From: Planctomycetota bacterium
GTDB taxonomy: Bacteria > Planctomycetota > Planctomycetia > JALXBF01
DNA: 44,987 nt
Reading direction: 5' to 3'
NCBI GenBank assembly: GCA_026991575.1
Contig: JALXBF010000143.1
Location: forward strand, 1-44,987
Both the position numbers and the translations under genes were made by a program. The notes under the pieces were generated by a model. The model was not told the origin of the DNA. It searched no databases and saw only the letters and a program-made list of their open reading frames with translations. This document shows positions 30,354 to 38,809 of this stretch, one piece after another (the stretch's first letter is position 1; each line of letters opens with the position of its first letter).

Positions 30354-30381
30354 ATTATATCCACTCGCTCCACCTCGTCAA
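30354..30381 (-). promoter_or_regulatory. sigma70 promoter of the yeeE-yeeE-arsR unit
   Basis: Minus strand TTGACG-N16-TATAAT, ~80 bp upstream of the ATG at 30275. Confidence 0.75.
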
Positions 30382-31299
30382 GGTGCCTCTGGTTGAGGGA
30401 GACCATCTGGCCAACTCGCGTGGCTGATCCGAACCGACAATATCGCCCGTGGCCCAACCCGATACGCCTCGCGGCAATCCTCAGCGATCAGATCCCGCAA
30501 AGGGAACCATCCCTGCCCGCGGTGGCCGACGCGTCGAAATCGCTTCGGCGTCATCCGCTAACGGGCAATGCAGTCGTCCTTGGCCGACAGACACAGCCCG
30601 CTCCGCACCAGTGGGCGCTATGGGGATCGAGGCAGCAACGTGGCAGCCGGCAGGCTCGACCAGGACAGGCACGCTCCTGCCGATCCATTGCAGCGGACAG
30701 GCCCCAACTCGTTGGCTCCTCTAGCGGTCATGGCGTGGCGTCCGACGGGGATGATGTCCGCGGCCTTGTACGGGGGGCTTGACGGCCGAGCCCGTTGGGA
30801 ACGGAACCTGGGATGCGATGCGTTGCGCGGCTGGGGCAGACGGCAAATGCCCGCCCAGGCCGTGCCGAACCGCACGGACCAACACGCTCGTCGAAACCCA
30901 TCCGCGCGGCGGTCTGGCGCTGGGTCGCGAGAGCCGTGCCCTGGCAGCTCGCGGGCAGATGGCTCCGCTTGGCGCCCAACTTCGCGAACAGCCGCGGCGG
31001 GCGTGAGTGAAAAAGCAAAGCGGACGAAGGGAACACCAATGTGGCTACCGCGACGCGATCCAGTCGACCTTGTTGGCCGGGCTTAACCCCCGGGCCGCTC
31101 TGTCATTGAAGCTCACCGACCAGGATTCGCACGGCCCCGCCTGCACCGAAGCGATCCCCCCGATTCCCCGCCCCACCGCGCAGCGACCGTTCCCGAGGTC
31201 ACGTCCGCAAGAGCTTCGTTGCACGCCAGCGGGGGCCAGCGAGCCGGATCTACGCGGCAGCTCCGGCATCGGGGAGCTCTGCAGCGTAGCCCGACCGGG

Positions 31300-32574
31300 T
31301 CACCTCGCGTGAATCGTCGCAACGGTGCCCGTTGGCCAGTCGATGCGGGTATGCCGCGCCAAGTCCAGTAGCTTCTGTTCATCCACTTCGATCCCCAGCC
31401 CCGGTCCCTGCGGCGGTCGCATGCGGCCTTCGGTTACCGTCAGCGGTTTGCGTAGGATGTCCGCCGCCAGGAACTGTGGCCCATTTAGGGCGGCGGGTCG
31501 TTTCAGGCCGTAGGCCGAGTAGAGTTGCAGGCTGGCGGCAAGTGAGATGTCTGGATCAGTCAGGCCGCTGCCCAGCCAGATCAGCTCCTCCTGTTCAAGC
31601 AGCTCGATCTGTGCCCGCGCGGAGCGCAGGCCGCCGCATCGAGCCGGCTTCATGGCCACGCCGTCCAGCAGCCCCATGCTGATGAAATTGGCGAGGTCGA
31701 CCGGCGAAACCACCCCCTCGTCCATGAGGATCGGCAACGCACCGAGCTTCTTGAGTTTCCGATAGCCCGCAAAGTGGTTCGGGCGCAGAGGAGCCTCCAG
31801 CACATCGACCCCCGCATCGGCCAGCCCTCTAGCCGCTTCCACGGCTTGCGTCTCGTCGTAGCCTCCGTTGGCATCGGCCCATAGGAACGCGTGCGGGGCG
31901 AGTCGACGCACCCGGCGTGCCAGCTCAACGTCGGCAGCCACGTCCCCACCTACTTTGATGTTGAAATGACGATAGCCACGCTGCTTCCCTTCCTCGACCA
32001 ACCGGTCCACCTCGTCCAAGGTCCTCGGGTTAACGGTCCAGCTTAAGAGAACATCGCCCCCTGGCCGTCGGCCCCATAGCTCGGGCACGCTCTTGCCCAG
32101 CAAGCGGCCAACCAGGTCGTGCAAAGCGATCTCAAGACCGGCACGCGCGATCGGCATACCGATCGTCAGTCCAGGCGCCAGTGCGGCGTCCAGCGCCTTG
32201 AAGATCGCCTCTATGTCGCTCAGCCGCCGACCAACGACCACAGGCGCCAGGTAGTCGCGTAGCACGAGAAACGCCGTCTCCAACGTCTCGTAGCTCCACC
32301 GGTAGATCGGCACGCTTTGTCCCCACGCGACCGTACCATCGCTGCAAGTTACTCGGACGACCACCGCCGCGCGGCCGGACTGTCCCTTCGGGTCGGCGAA
32401 GAACTTGAAGTAACCGCGTGTCGGATAACGAACTGCATAAAGATCGACCCGGTCGATCCTGGGCGAGCGACTGCCAAGCTCGGCCAACTCTGCAACGCAC
32501 GCCGGCAGTAGGGGTGCAAACATGCACGCTTCCAGAAAGCGACGACGCGGAACCAACCGGGCTTTGCTGCCCAT
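31300..32574 (-). CDS. Mandelate racemase/muconate lactonizing enzyme (enolase superfamily) with Tat-like leader
   Basis: AGLEIALHDL.G, FNIKVG, DANGG, EAP, MDE, MKP, PQGPGLGIEVD; N-terminal PRRRFL. Confidence 0.88.
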   Translation of the reverse strand: MGSKARLVPRRRFLEACMFAPLLPACVAELAELGSRSPRIDRVDLYAVRYPTRGYFKFFADPKGQSGRAAVVVRVTCSDGTVAWGQSVPIYRWSYETLETAFLVLRDYLAPVVVGRRLSDIEAIFKALDAALAPGLTIGMPIARAGLEIALHDLVGRLLGKSVPELWGRRPGGDVLLSWTVNPRTLDEVDRLVEEGKQRGYRHFNIKVGGDVAADVELARRVRRLAPHAFLWADANGGYDETQAVEAARGLADAGVDVLEAPLRPNHFAGYRKLKKLGALPILMDEGVVSPVDLANFISMGLLDGVAMKPARCGGLRSARAQIELLEQEELIWLGSGLTDPDISLAASLQLYSAYGLKRPAALNGPQFLAADILRKPLTVTEGRMRPPQGPGLGIEVDEQKLLDLARHTRIDWPTGTVATIHAR

Positions 32575-32622
32575 GGGATCGTCCTCAGCACAACAACCTG
32601 GTCGGTGTGGGGCGAATGGTCC

Positions 32623-34683
32623 TTACCGTTCAGGCGGCCGCCAGCGGTGAGCGTCCGGGCCGCTACCCGCGACGGGGAACGCCGTGATTCGCAGCCGTGC
32701 TGCGCCCATCGGAACCAGGCGAATTGTCTCGCCAGGCTGCTCGGTCCACACTGGGCTTGGCTGCAGCGGAGCGACCAGACCGTGGCGATCCAGCTGCCAC
32801 TCGGGCACGCGTTTGCCCGTTGCCCGCAACTCAATCGGCACGCCGGCCAGATCGAACGGCTGGTCGTCTTCCGGCCACGGCCGCCGTACGACTTGGAAAG
32901 AACCGGCCGGATCATCCTTCGCCAGCACGAGTGCGTAGTTCCAGGGGCTGGCCGGATGCACTTCCCAGGCCGGCCACCGCTCCGAACCCCCTGCGCGCAC
33001 GTAGCGCTCCTCGATTCGAAGCGAAAACGCCAGCGGTCCGCGATACACGGAAACGGCGTTCTTGTTCCGCCGCCACGTGTGCACGCGCACGCGCATCGGC
33101 AGCGTCAGCTCAATCGTATCGCCCGGCCGCCAGGTCCGCGACAGTCGGATGAACCGCCCGCCCTGGACCCCGGTCAGCTTCCGGTCGCCGTTGACCGTCA
33201 CGCTGGCGCCGTCGCACCAGCCGGGCACACGCAGGTAGATCGGAAATGCCACCGGCTTCTCAGGTCGGACGGTGCACTGCACCACGCCGTCGAACGGATA
33301 GCGTGTCTCGGTGTCGATGGTAACGGTGGTGCCGTCGGCCACGGTCGCACGCACCGAAGACGGCGCGTAGAGCACGGCGGCCAGGCCCTCATCGAGCGTA
33401 GCCATCCAGAGGTGTTGGGCGAAGTACGGCCAGGCGAAGCCGGAGTTATGCTGACAGCATCGGTGCTTGTACGGATCGAAAAGGAACATAGGTCCGCGGT
33501 TTTGAACACCGGGCGAGTGGTCGGCGGCATCGCAGACGGCTTGGTTGGCTGCCGTCAGGTAGTGCAGGGCGCGGAGGTCGCTAGTGAAGGCAGCAGGCAA
33601 CGAGTTGAACGCCACGTCCTCACAGCGATCGGCCCAGACCGGGTCGCCTGTAATACTCAGCATGATTTCGTGCGACCGCATAAACTCAGCCATCGAGCAG
33701 GTCTCGGCCGCTTGACGTGGATCCGTGTAACCGGGCCGGCAATTCTCATCGGCCGCGAACATGCCGCCCGGCATCTGGCCATACATGGTCATGACTTTCG
33801 CATAGTTGCGGACCGAGGCCTGTAGGTGCTCGGGTCGGTGCGATTGCAGGTAGTAGATCGCCGGGGCCCGGAAACATTGGGTGATGTTCACGCCATGCCA
33901 GCTCGCAATGTCCCGGTCCCAGCGGGCCATGTTGCGAAAGATCTTCGTGCCCAGCTCCAGCAACCATCGTTCGCCGGTCTGGTTGTACAGCCAGTAGACG
34001 CTGAGCAGATTATCCGAGGCCCGCTGTTGCTGCCAGAAGGGTAGCAGGAAGTGGCTGTCAGGCAGTTGGAGTTGCCAGCGGAAGTAGCGGCGCATCAGCT
34101 CGATCACGCGCCGGTCGCCGCTGTACTCGTAGTAGGACTGTAGCGTGGCCAGCGCGATCATGTTGGGCCAGACGTCAGGAGTGCCCTGGATGCGTGTCAG
34201 GTTATCGCGTGGCCCGAAATAGCCGTCGGCACGCTGCGACGCAATGATCGCCTCAATCCACTGCTGGGCCTCGTCAATGATCCGCTTCTCACCAAGTACG
34301 TAGCCCAGGTTGGCGAAGCCGCGCAGCCAGTAGGGAACCTCCTCCCAGCCGCTGTGGCCCTTGCCCTCCGGGCTAAGCCATGCGTTACCCTCCTTGCGTA
34401 GGAATCGGCTGAGTTCTTCCAGATGCCCGGTGAACCCGTCAGCCTCCAGCTCAAGCTGACGTCGGAGCCAGCCGCGGGGCTGCACCGCTGCTACAGGTAG
34501 CTTGATCAACGGGCTTGGCTGCAGCGGCGGGCGATTGCCCACATAATGGCGATTCATGCCATCGACGGGCAACTGGGCAACCACGACAGCCTCTTCGGGC
34601 ATGCTCTTGTTCGCCTCCGCTCCAGCTGGTCTCGGGGCGGCCAGCAACAATCCGGCAAACAGCCAGACAGGTGTCGCTCTCAT
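32623..34683 (-). CDS. Glycoside hydrolase family 127/146 (beta-L-arabinofuranosidase-like), secreted
   Basis: Signal peptide; GWEEVPYW, HGVN, ETCS, CC..N, T.YPF, LRVPGW, RGPL. Confidence 0.88.
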   Translation of the reverse strand: MRATPVWLFAGLLLAAPRPAGAEANKSMPEEAVVVAQLPVDGMNRHYVGNRPPLQPSPLIKLPVAAVQPRGWLRRQLELEADGFTGHLEELSRFLRKEGNAWLSPEGKGHSGWEEVPYWLRGFANLGYVLGEKRIIDEAQQWIEAIIASQRADGYFGPRDNLTRIQGTPDVWPNMIALATLQSYYEYSGDRRVIELMRRYFRWQLQLPDSHFLLPFWQQQRASDNLLSVYWLYNQTGERWLLELGTKIFRNMARWDRDIASWHGVNITQCFRAPAIYYLQSHRPEHLQASVRNYAKVMTMYGQMPGGMFAADENCRPGYTDPRQAAETCSMAEFMRSHEIMLSITGDPVWADRCEDVAFNSLPAAFTSDLRALHYLTAANQAVCDAADHSPGVQNRGPMFLFDPYKHRCCQHNSGFAWPYFAQHLWMATLDEGLAAVLYAPSSVRATVADGTTVTIDTETRYPFDGVVQCTVRPEKPVAFPIYLRVPGWCDGASVTVNGDRKLTGVQGGRFIRLSRTWRPGDTIELTLPMRVRVHTWRRNKNAVSVYRGPLAFSLRIEERYVRAGGSERWPAWEVHPASPWNYALVLAKDDPAGSFQVVRRPWPEDDQPFDLAGVPIELRATGKRVPEWQLDRHGLVAPLQPSPVWTEQPGETIRLVPMGAARLRITAFPVAGSGPDAHRWRPPER

Positions 34684-34942
34684 GGCCTGTACTCTGTCCG
34701 GTGGTCGGTTCAGGCAGCAGTCGCCGGGGTGTCATCTTCAGCGTTATGTTAGCGGAGTCGAGTCGTTCCTTGCCGCGGTGACCGCAGGGCAGCCACGCAG
34801 AGCGGGGTCGGTACCACGGGCACACGAACCGGTAAGAGACGGCTGCACCGCCCCCCTTTGTGTCACGTTGCTCGCGCGTCTGCCCCGAGCTGCGGTGCCG
34901 TAGCGGTCCGAGGGCAGGTGGCGGCGCGTGGGGATGTGGCAT

Positions 34943-35767
34943 TCACGGGGCAAGCGGTGCAGCCTGTGCGCCCCGGCCGCTGCGCTGACGCACCAGCAGG
35001 GGAGCAGTCAACGCGCACGCAAGCCATAGGCAGAGCGTGATCGGTTCGGGGGTTGGGGTAATCCGCGCGACACCGGGCGAGCCACGGTCGGCCGGCCCGA
35101 ACAGCACACCTCCGTGCACCCCGGGTGCGGGAATCGGTTCGGGAGTGTGCCGCCATAGGCTCGGGTCATCGTTGGCGCGCGCCAGCTCTGCGGGGTCGAT
35201 GCCGGTCGCGACAAACTCGATGGCCAGGCCATTCTTGGAGGCCGGAAAGCCGGCGGCACGATACGCCAGCTGATCGACCATTCGACCGGATGCGTCAACC
35301 AGCTCCAGCGTCGCCCCGCTATTGGGCAGGCCGGCTCCACTGGTGCCGCTCCACCCTATCAGCGGCCAGACGGGAACGGTGGTGGGAATCGACCAGGCGG
35401 TGCGGAAGTGCTGCGGTCGCGCCAGCCCGTCCGGTACCAGCACCAGGGCTTGCCCGGCGGCGATGCGAATCCCCGGGCCGATGGTTCCCAGCAAGCGCCG
35501 TCTCCCGGAACGGCTCACCTTGTACAGCGCCCAGCCAGACAGGTCCTCTTCAGCCATCCCTCCGTTGAACAATTCGATCCACTCTGTGTTCCGGTCGCGC
35601 TGCCGGAAGCCGTCCGCGCCGGACGGGTTGTACATGATCTCGCTGAAGATGATCGCACCGGCCCAGACCCGCCCGGGCAGGCTCAACAATGTGCACGCGC
35701 TGAGGTACAGGATCGCGACGCAGCGACCCATCGGCATCAGCGATAACTTCCCATCGGTTCCCTTCAT
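34943..35767 (-). CDS. Lamin-tail-domain surface protein with PEP-CTERM-like sorting signal
   Basis: FSEIMYNP, EWIELFN, DLSGW.L, LPNSG..L.L.D..G..VD, GSPG; C-terminal TPEP + hydrophobic stretch + RQR; ATG 35767 with GGGAG RBS. Confidence 0.8.
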   Translation of the reverse strand: MKGTDGKLSLMPMGRCVAILYLSACTLLSLPGRVWAGAIIFSEIMYNPSGADGFRQRDRNTEWIELFNGGMAEEDLSGWALYKVSRSGRRRLLGTIGPGIRIAAGQALVLVPDGLARPQHFRTAWSIPTTVPVWPLIGWSGTSGAGLPNSGATLELVDASGRMVDQLAYRAAGFPASKNGLAIEFVATGIDPAELARANDDPSLWRHTPEPIPAPGVHGGVLFGPADRGSPGVARITPTPEPITLCLWLACALTAPLLVRQRSGRGAQAAPLAP

Positions 35768-35841
35768 CGCGTTCTCCCTTGGGCTGCTCAGCGTTCTGAT
35801 GCCGTTTCCTTGCCAGGACACGGTCCAAACGTGCGTCGTAG

Positions 35842-35937
35842 GCCCGACCCAGGGGGGGTGACTGCCCAGCGTCCGAGCACGAGGAGCAGGACCGAGTGAG
35901 GAGGTGTCGCCGACATCGTCACCCCCCCTGATCGGGC
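35842..35937. repeat. Intergenic inverted repeat / long stem-loop
   Basis: CAGGGGGGGTGAC (35850-35862) is the exact reverse complement of 35918-35930; outer GCCCGA/TCGGGC pair. Confidence 0.7.
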
Positions 35938-35939
35938 AC

Positions 35940-36707
35940 CTACCGTGGCGCTTCGGACAGGGTACGGGTCAGCCAGGCGCAGCGACAGAGGTTGCGGCAA
36001 CACCAGAGCGTGCCGCCAAGGAGCAGCAGGACGCCGGGCGCCGGCTCAGGACAGGGATCGATCGGAAAAGCTTCTTCGAGAAAACCCATATCGTGGCAGC
36101 TGCCTTCCGGTTCCCCGGATGGATCGTCGCCCAGGACCAGAACACGAAAGTCGTCGGACCAGAGACCGGCACGAAGGTCAAATCGGACGGTGCGCAAGTT
36201 GGCCGTTAGGTGCACGTAATCGCCTGGGCCAAGCACCCCCTGGCGAATGTCGTCCTCGCGCGGGTAGCGCACGCCGGGGGCCCCAAGCAGATGATCGGTC
36301 GGATGCATCGTCGCCGGCTTCACCAGAATGCCCAGCACCGGTCGGTCGAAGGTGACCGAGCCGACGTAGCGGACAAGGTTCCCGAAGACGCGGCCTCGCG
36401 GGTCGGCGTGGAAGTAGTAGGACACCACGGGCGTACCGGCCATCACCACGCCGGGATCCATGGGATAGACTGCTTCATACCGCCCGGGACTACTGATGTC
36501 GACGGCCACGTCGACCGGTAACAGCTTCTGTTGCTCCTCAAACACGATCACGACCCGGTTCCGCTCCAGCTTGTGCACCTCAACCGTCGGCGGTGGCGGG
36601 TCCCAGATCTGCACCATGCCGTGCGTACGGATGATGCCGGCCGACAGTGGTGGTGCAGCCAAGAACGGTAAGAGGTGGGTCATCATCGTCCACACAGCGC
36701 GCACCAT
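35940..36707 (-). CDS. Secreted beta-rich protein with PEP-CTERM-like tail
   Basis: AGGAGG RBS before ATG 36707; signal-like N-terminus; C-terminal PEPAPGVLLLLGG followed by Arg/Cys residues. Confidence 0.7.
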   Translation of the reverse strand: MVRAVWTMMTHLLPFLAAPPLSAGIIRTHGMVQIWDPPPPTVEVHKLERNRVVIVFEEQQKLLPVDVAVDISSPGRYEAVYPMDPGVVMAGTPVVSYYFHADPRGRVFGNLVRYVGSVTFDRPVLGILVKPATMHPTDHLLGAPGVRYPREDDIRQGVLGPGDYVHLTANLRTVRFDLRAGLWSDDFRVLVLGDDPSGEPEGSCHDMGFLEEAFPIDPCPEPAPGVLLLLGGTLWCCRNLCRCAWLTRTLSEAPR

Positions 36708-36866
36708 GGCCGCTCCTCCTGCTGCTACGGCTGCGGAGTTGCCCGGCACATCAGGCAGAGCTCAGCAAGTTGACATGAGCCCAGGTCAGGAAAATGAGCC
36801 CAGGGACAGCTAGGTCCGTCCGACGTGATCGATCATCCTGACCACGGTGTGCTGCCGACCGCCACA

Positions 36867-36883
36867 AGCAAGAACCGTGCCAA
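36867..36883 (-). promoter_or_regulatory. sigma54 (RpoN) -24/-12 promoter
   Basis: Minus strand TTGGCACGGTTCTTGCT matches the consensus TGGCACG-N4-TTGCW; 160 bp upstream of the PEP-CTERM gene start. Confidence 0.8.
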
Positions 36884-36987
36884 AGCCGGCGGCAGTACGG
36901 CCAGGCGCCGATGAGGCGAGAACGCCGCGAAAACGGTCGTCTCTGACACCCCCCGAGCTGCCGTCCCGCGTCTCTCAGGAAGAGAGC

Positions 36988-37025
36988 TGTCTCCGGCGCG
37001 GACAACTGTGTCTCAATGCGCGACA
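36988..37025. promoter_or_regulatory. Tandem enhancer-binding-protein (UAS) sites
   Basis: TGTCTCCGGCGCGGACA (36988-37004) and TGTCTCAATGCGCGACA (37009-37025): TGT-N11-ACA, 21 bp apart, ~105-140 bp upstream of the sigma54 site. Confidence 0.6.
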
Positions 37026-37060
37026 GGTCAGCCGCACGGGTTCACCCAGTTGGCGGAGGA

Positions 37061-38809
37061 TCACGGCCGTCCGCGAATCAGCTTGACCAAACGACCGGAC
37101 GCCTCGTCATACAGATACGCCGTGCGATCGCGGAAGTGCTCGGCATACAAGCGCGCGTTGGCCCGCGGCCCGCGGTCGACCACAAACAGGACGTCGTTTT
37201 CCAGCCACGGGTCGTTGTTGATCGGGTCGTAGGGATGGGCACGATCCGGATCAAGCCGCACGAACACCAGCGCTGGCTTCTCAGGAATCCGCTCCGCCAG
37301 TCTCGCGTAGTACCGGGCATAGGCGGTCTCTCGGTGACGGCGCACCACGAATCCCTCCAACGTCGCCGCGGCAGCAGCCAAGTTCGCCGCCAACAGCAGC
37401 GGCACCAACAGAGCTGCCAACGGCCGATACCGTCGCATCCGTTCGTCCCAGCCCACTGCTCCGGCCGTGGCCAACAGCGCCAACAGCAGCGATGCCTCCG
37501 TTGCGTAAGCTCCCCACGTGCTATAGAAGAAGCCGTAGCCCACATAGTGGATCGCCACTAGACTGGCCAACAACAGCGCATGCCGCTCGGCCATGCATGC
37601 CAACGCCACGCCCAGCAGCCCGCCGGTCGCCACCAACGGCGCAAATGCCAGCAAATAATCCCGAACACGCCCCCCCTCTAGAAACGACCGCCGCACCGCA
37701 GCCCACCACGTGAACGCCGTACGCTGGCGGCGAATCTCCGCGGCCTTGCTCACCAGCCGTGGATCGTCGCTGGCAGGCTCTGTCCGGGGCAACGCGAGCA
37801 CACCCACCCCGAGCCGGTTATACGGTTCGAAGCGTTCGTTGTACCGCGTCCAGGGTCCGGTCAGAATTCCCCCTACGGTCGCGTAGTTGTACCCGATCCA
37901 GACCGCCGCGGTAGCGATCACCGCGGGGAACACCGCCGCCACATGCCGCAGCAGCCGGCCGACTCCGTAGTGGCGCAGGCAACGCGCGATGGCCCACGTG
38001 AGCAGCCCGGTGCCGATCAGCACTGCCGGGTAAGGCCGGATCAGAAACGCAATGCCACCGGCAATCGCCGCCAGAGCGCTATACTGAGGACGATCGCTCA
38101 GGACCGCTTCCACTGCCAGGACGACCAGGACCAGCGACCACAGCAACCAACTACTCTGCGACAGGTAGCTCGTCGCTGCGTAGTCCAGTCCCGGGCTCGC
38201 CGCCAGCAATGCCGCCGTCCACAATGCCGCCCGACGGCCAAACCGCCGAGCAGCCCAGCGGCTAGCGATCAGCATGCAGGCCAGAGCATTGGCTACAGGC
38301 ACCAGCCACGCCGCGCCGAAGAGTTCGCCGAGCGCAAGAAACGCAGCATGGCCCGGCGGGTAACGGCTCATCCAGCGACCGTTTTCGACGAGGACGTGAA
38401 TCGCCTGGAACGCCTCAGGCTCCGGCGGTGCCGGCGCCGTGAGTCTTCCTCGCGCGAGCGTCTTTGCCCCAAACAAGTACGACCATTCGTCATGTAGGGC
38501 CGGCAGAAAGCTCCGCCCAAACCACCACACCACCAGATACTTACCAGCGGCCAGTACCAGAAGCAACCACACCACCGGCCCGAACGTCGTCCCCGCCCGG
38601 CTCCCTTCCCACTCGTTGCCCTCAACACGGCGTGCGGATGGCACCAACGCTAGCACGACCGCTGCCACAGCGAAACCAGCCACCGCGGTGAGATGTAGCC
38701 AGCTCACCTGGCGACCGAACAGCCCCGCTACAGCCAGCGTGGCAAGTAGGAACCCTGCCAGTTGCCGCGCCGTACCGTCACCGTCCGGACGAGGAGCCAG
38801 CGTCACCAT
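37061..38809 (-). CDS. GT-C fold membrane glycosyltransferase (ArnT/PMT-like)
   Basis: Acidic loop HDEWSY...A after an N-terminal TM helix, YPPG...LALG, ~12 TM helices, LIRP, YN...G. Confidence 0.7.
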   Translation of the reverse strand: MVTLAPRPDGDGTARQLAGFLLATLAVAGLFGRQVSWLHLTAVAGFAVAAVVLALVPSARRVEGNEWEGSRAGTTFGPVVWLLLVLAAGKYLVVWWFGRSFLPALHDEWSYLFGAKTLARGRLTAPAPPEPEAFQAIHVLVENGRWMSRYPPGHAAFLALGELFGAAWLVPVANALACMLIASRWAARRFGRRAALWTAALLAASPGLDYAATSYLSQSSWLLWSLVLVVLAVEAVLSDRPQYSALAAIAGGIAFLIRPYPAVLIGTGLLTWAIARCLRHYGVGRLLRHVAAVFPAVIATAAVWIGYNYATVGGILTGPWTRYNERFEPYNRLGVGVLALPRTEPASDDPRLVSKAAEIRRQRTAFTWWAAVRRSFLEGGRVRDYLLAFAPLVATGGLLGVALACMAERHALLLASLVAIHYVGYGFFYSTWGAYATEASLLLALLATAGAVGWDERMRRYRPLAALLVPLLLAANLAAAAATLEGFVVRRHRETAYARYYARLAERIPEKPALVFVRLDPDRAHPYDPINNDPWLENDVLFVVDRGPRANARLYAEHFRDRTAYLYDEASGRLVKLIRGRP

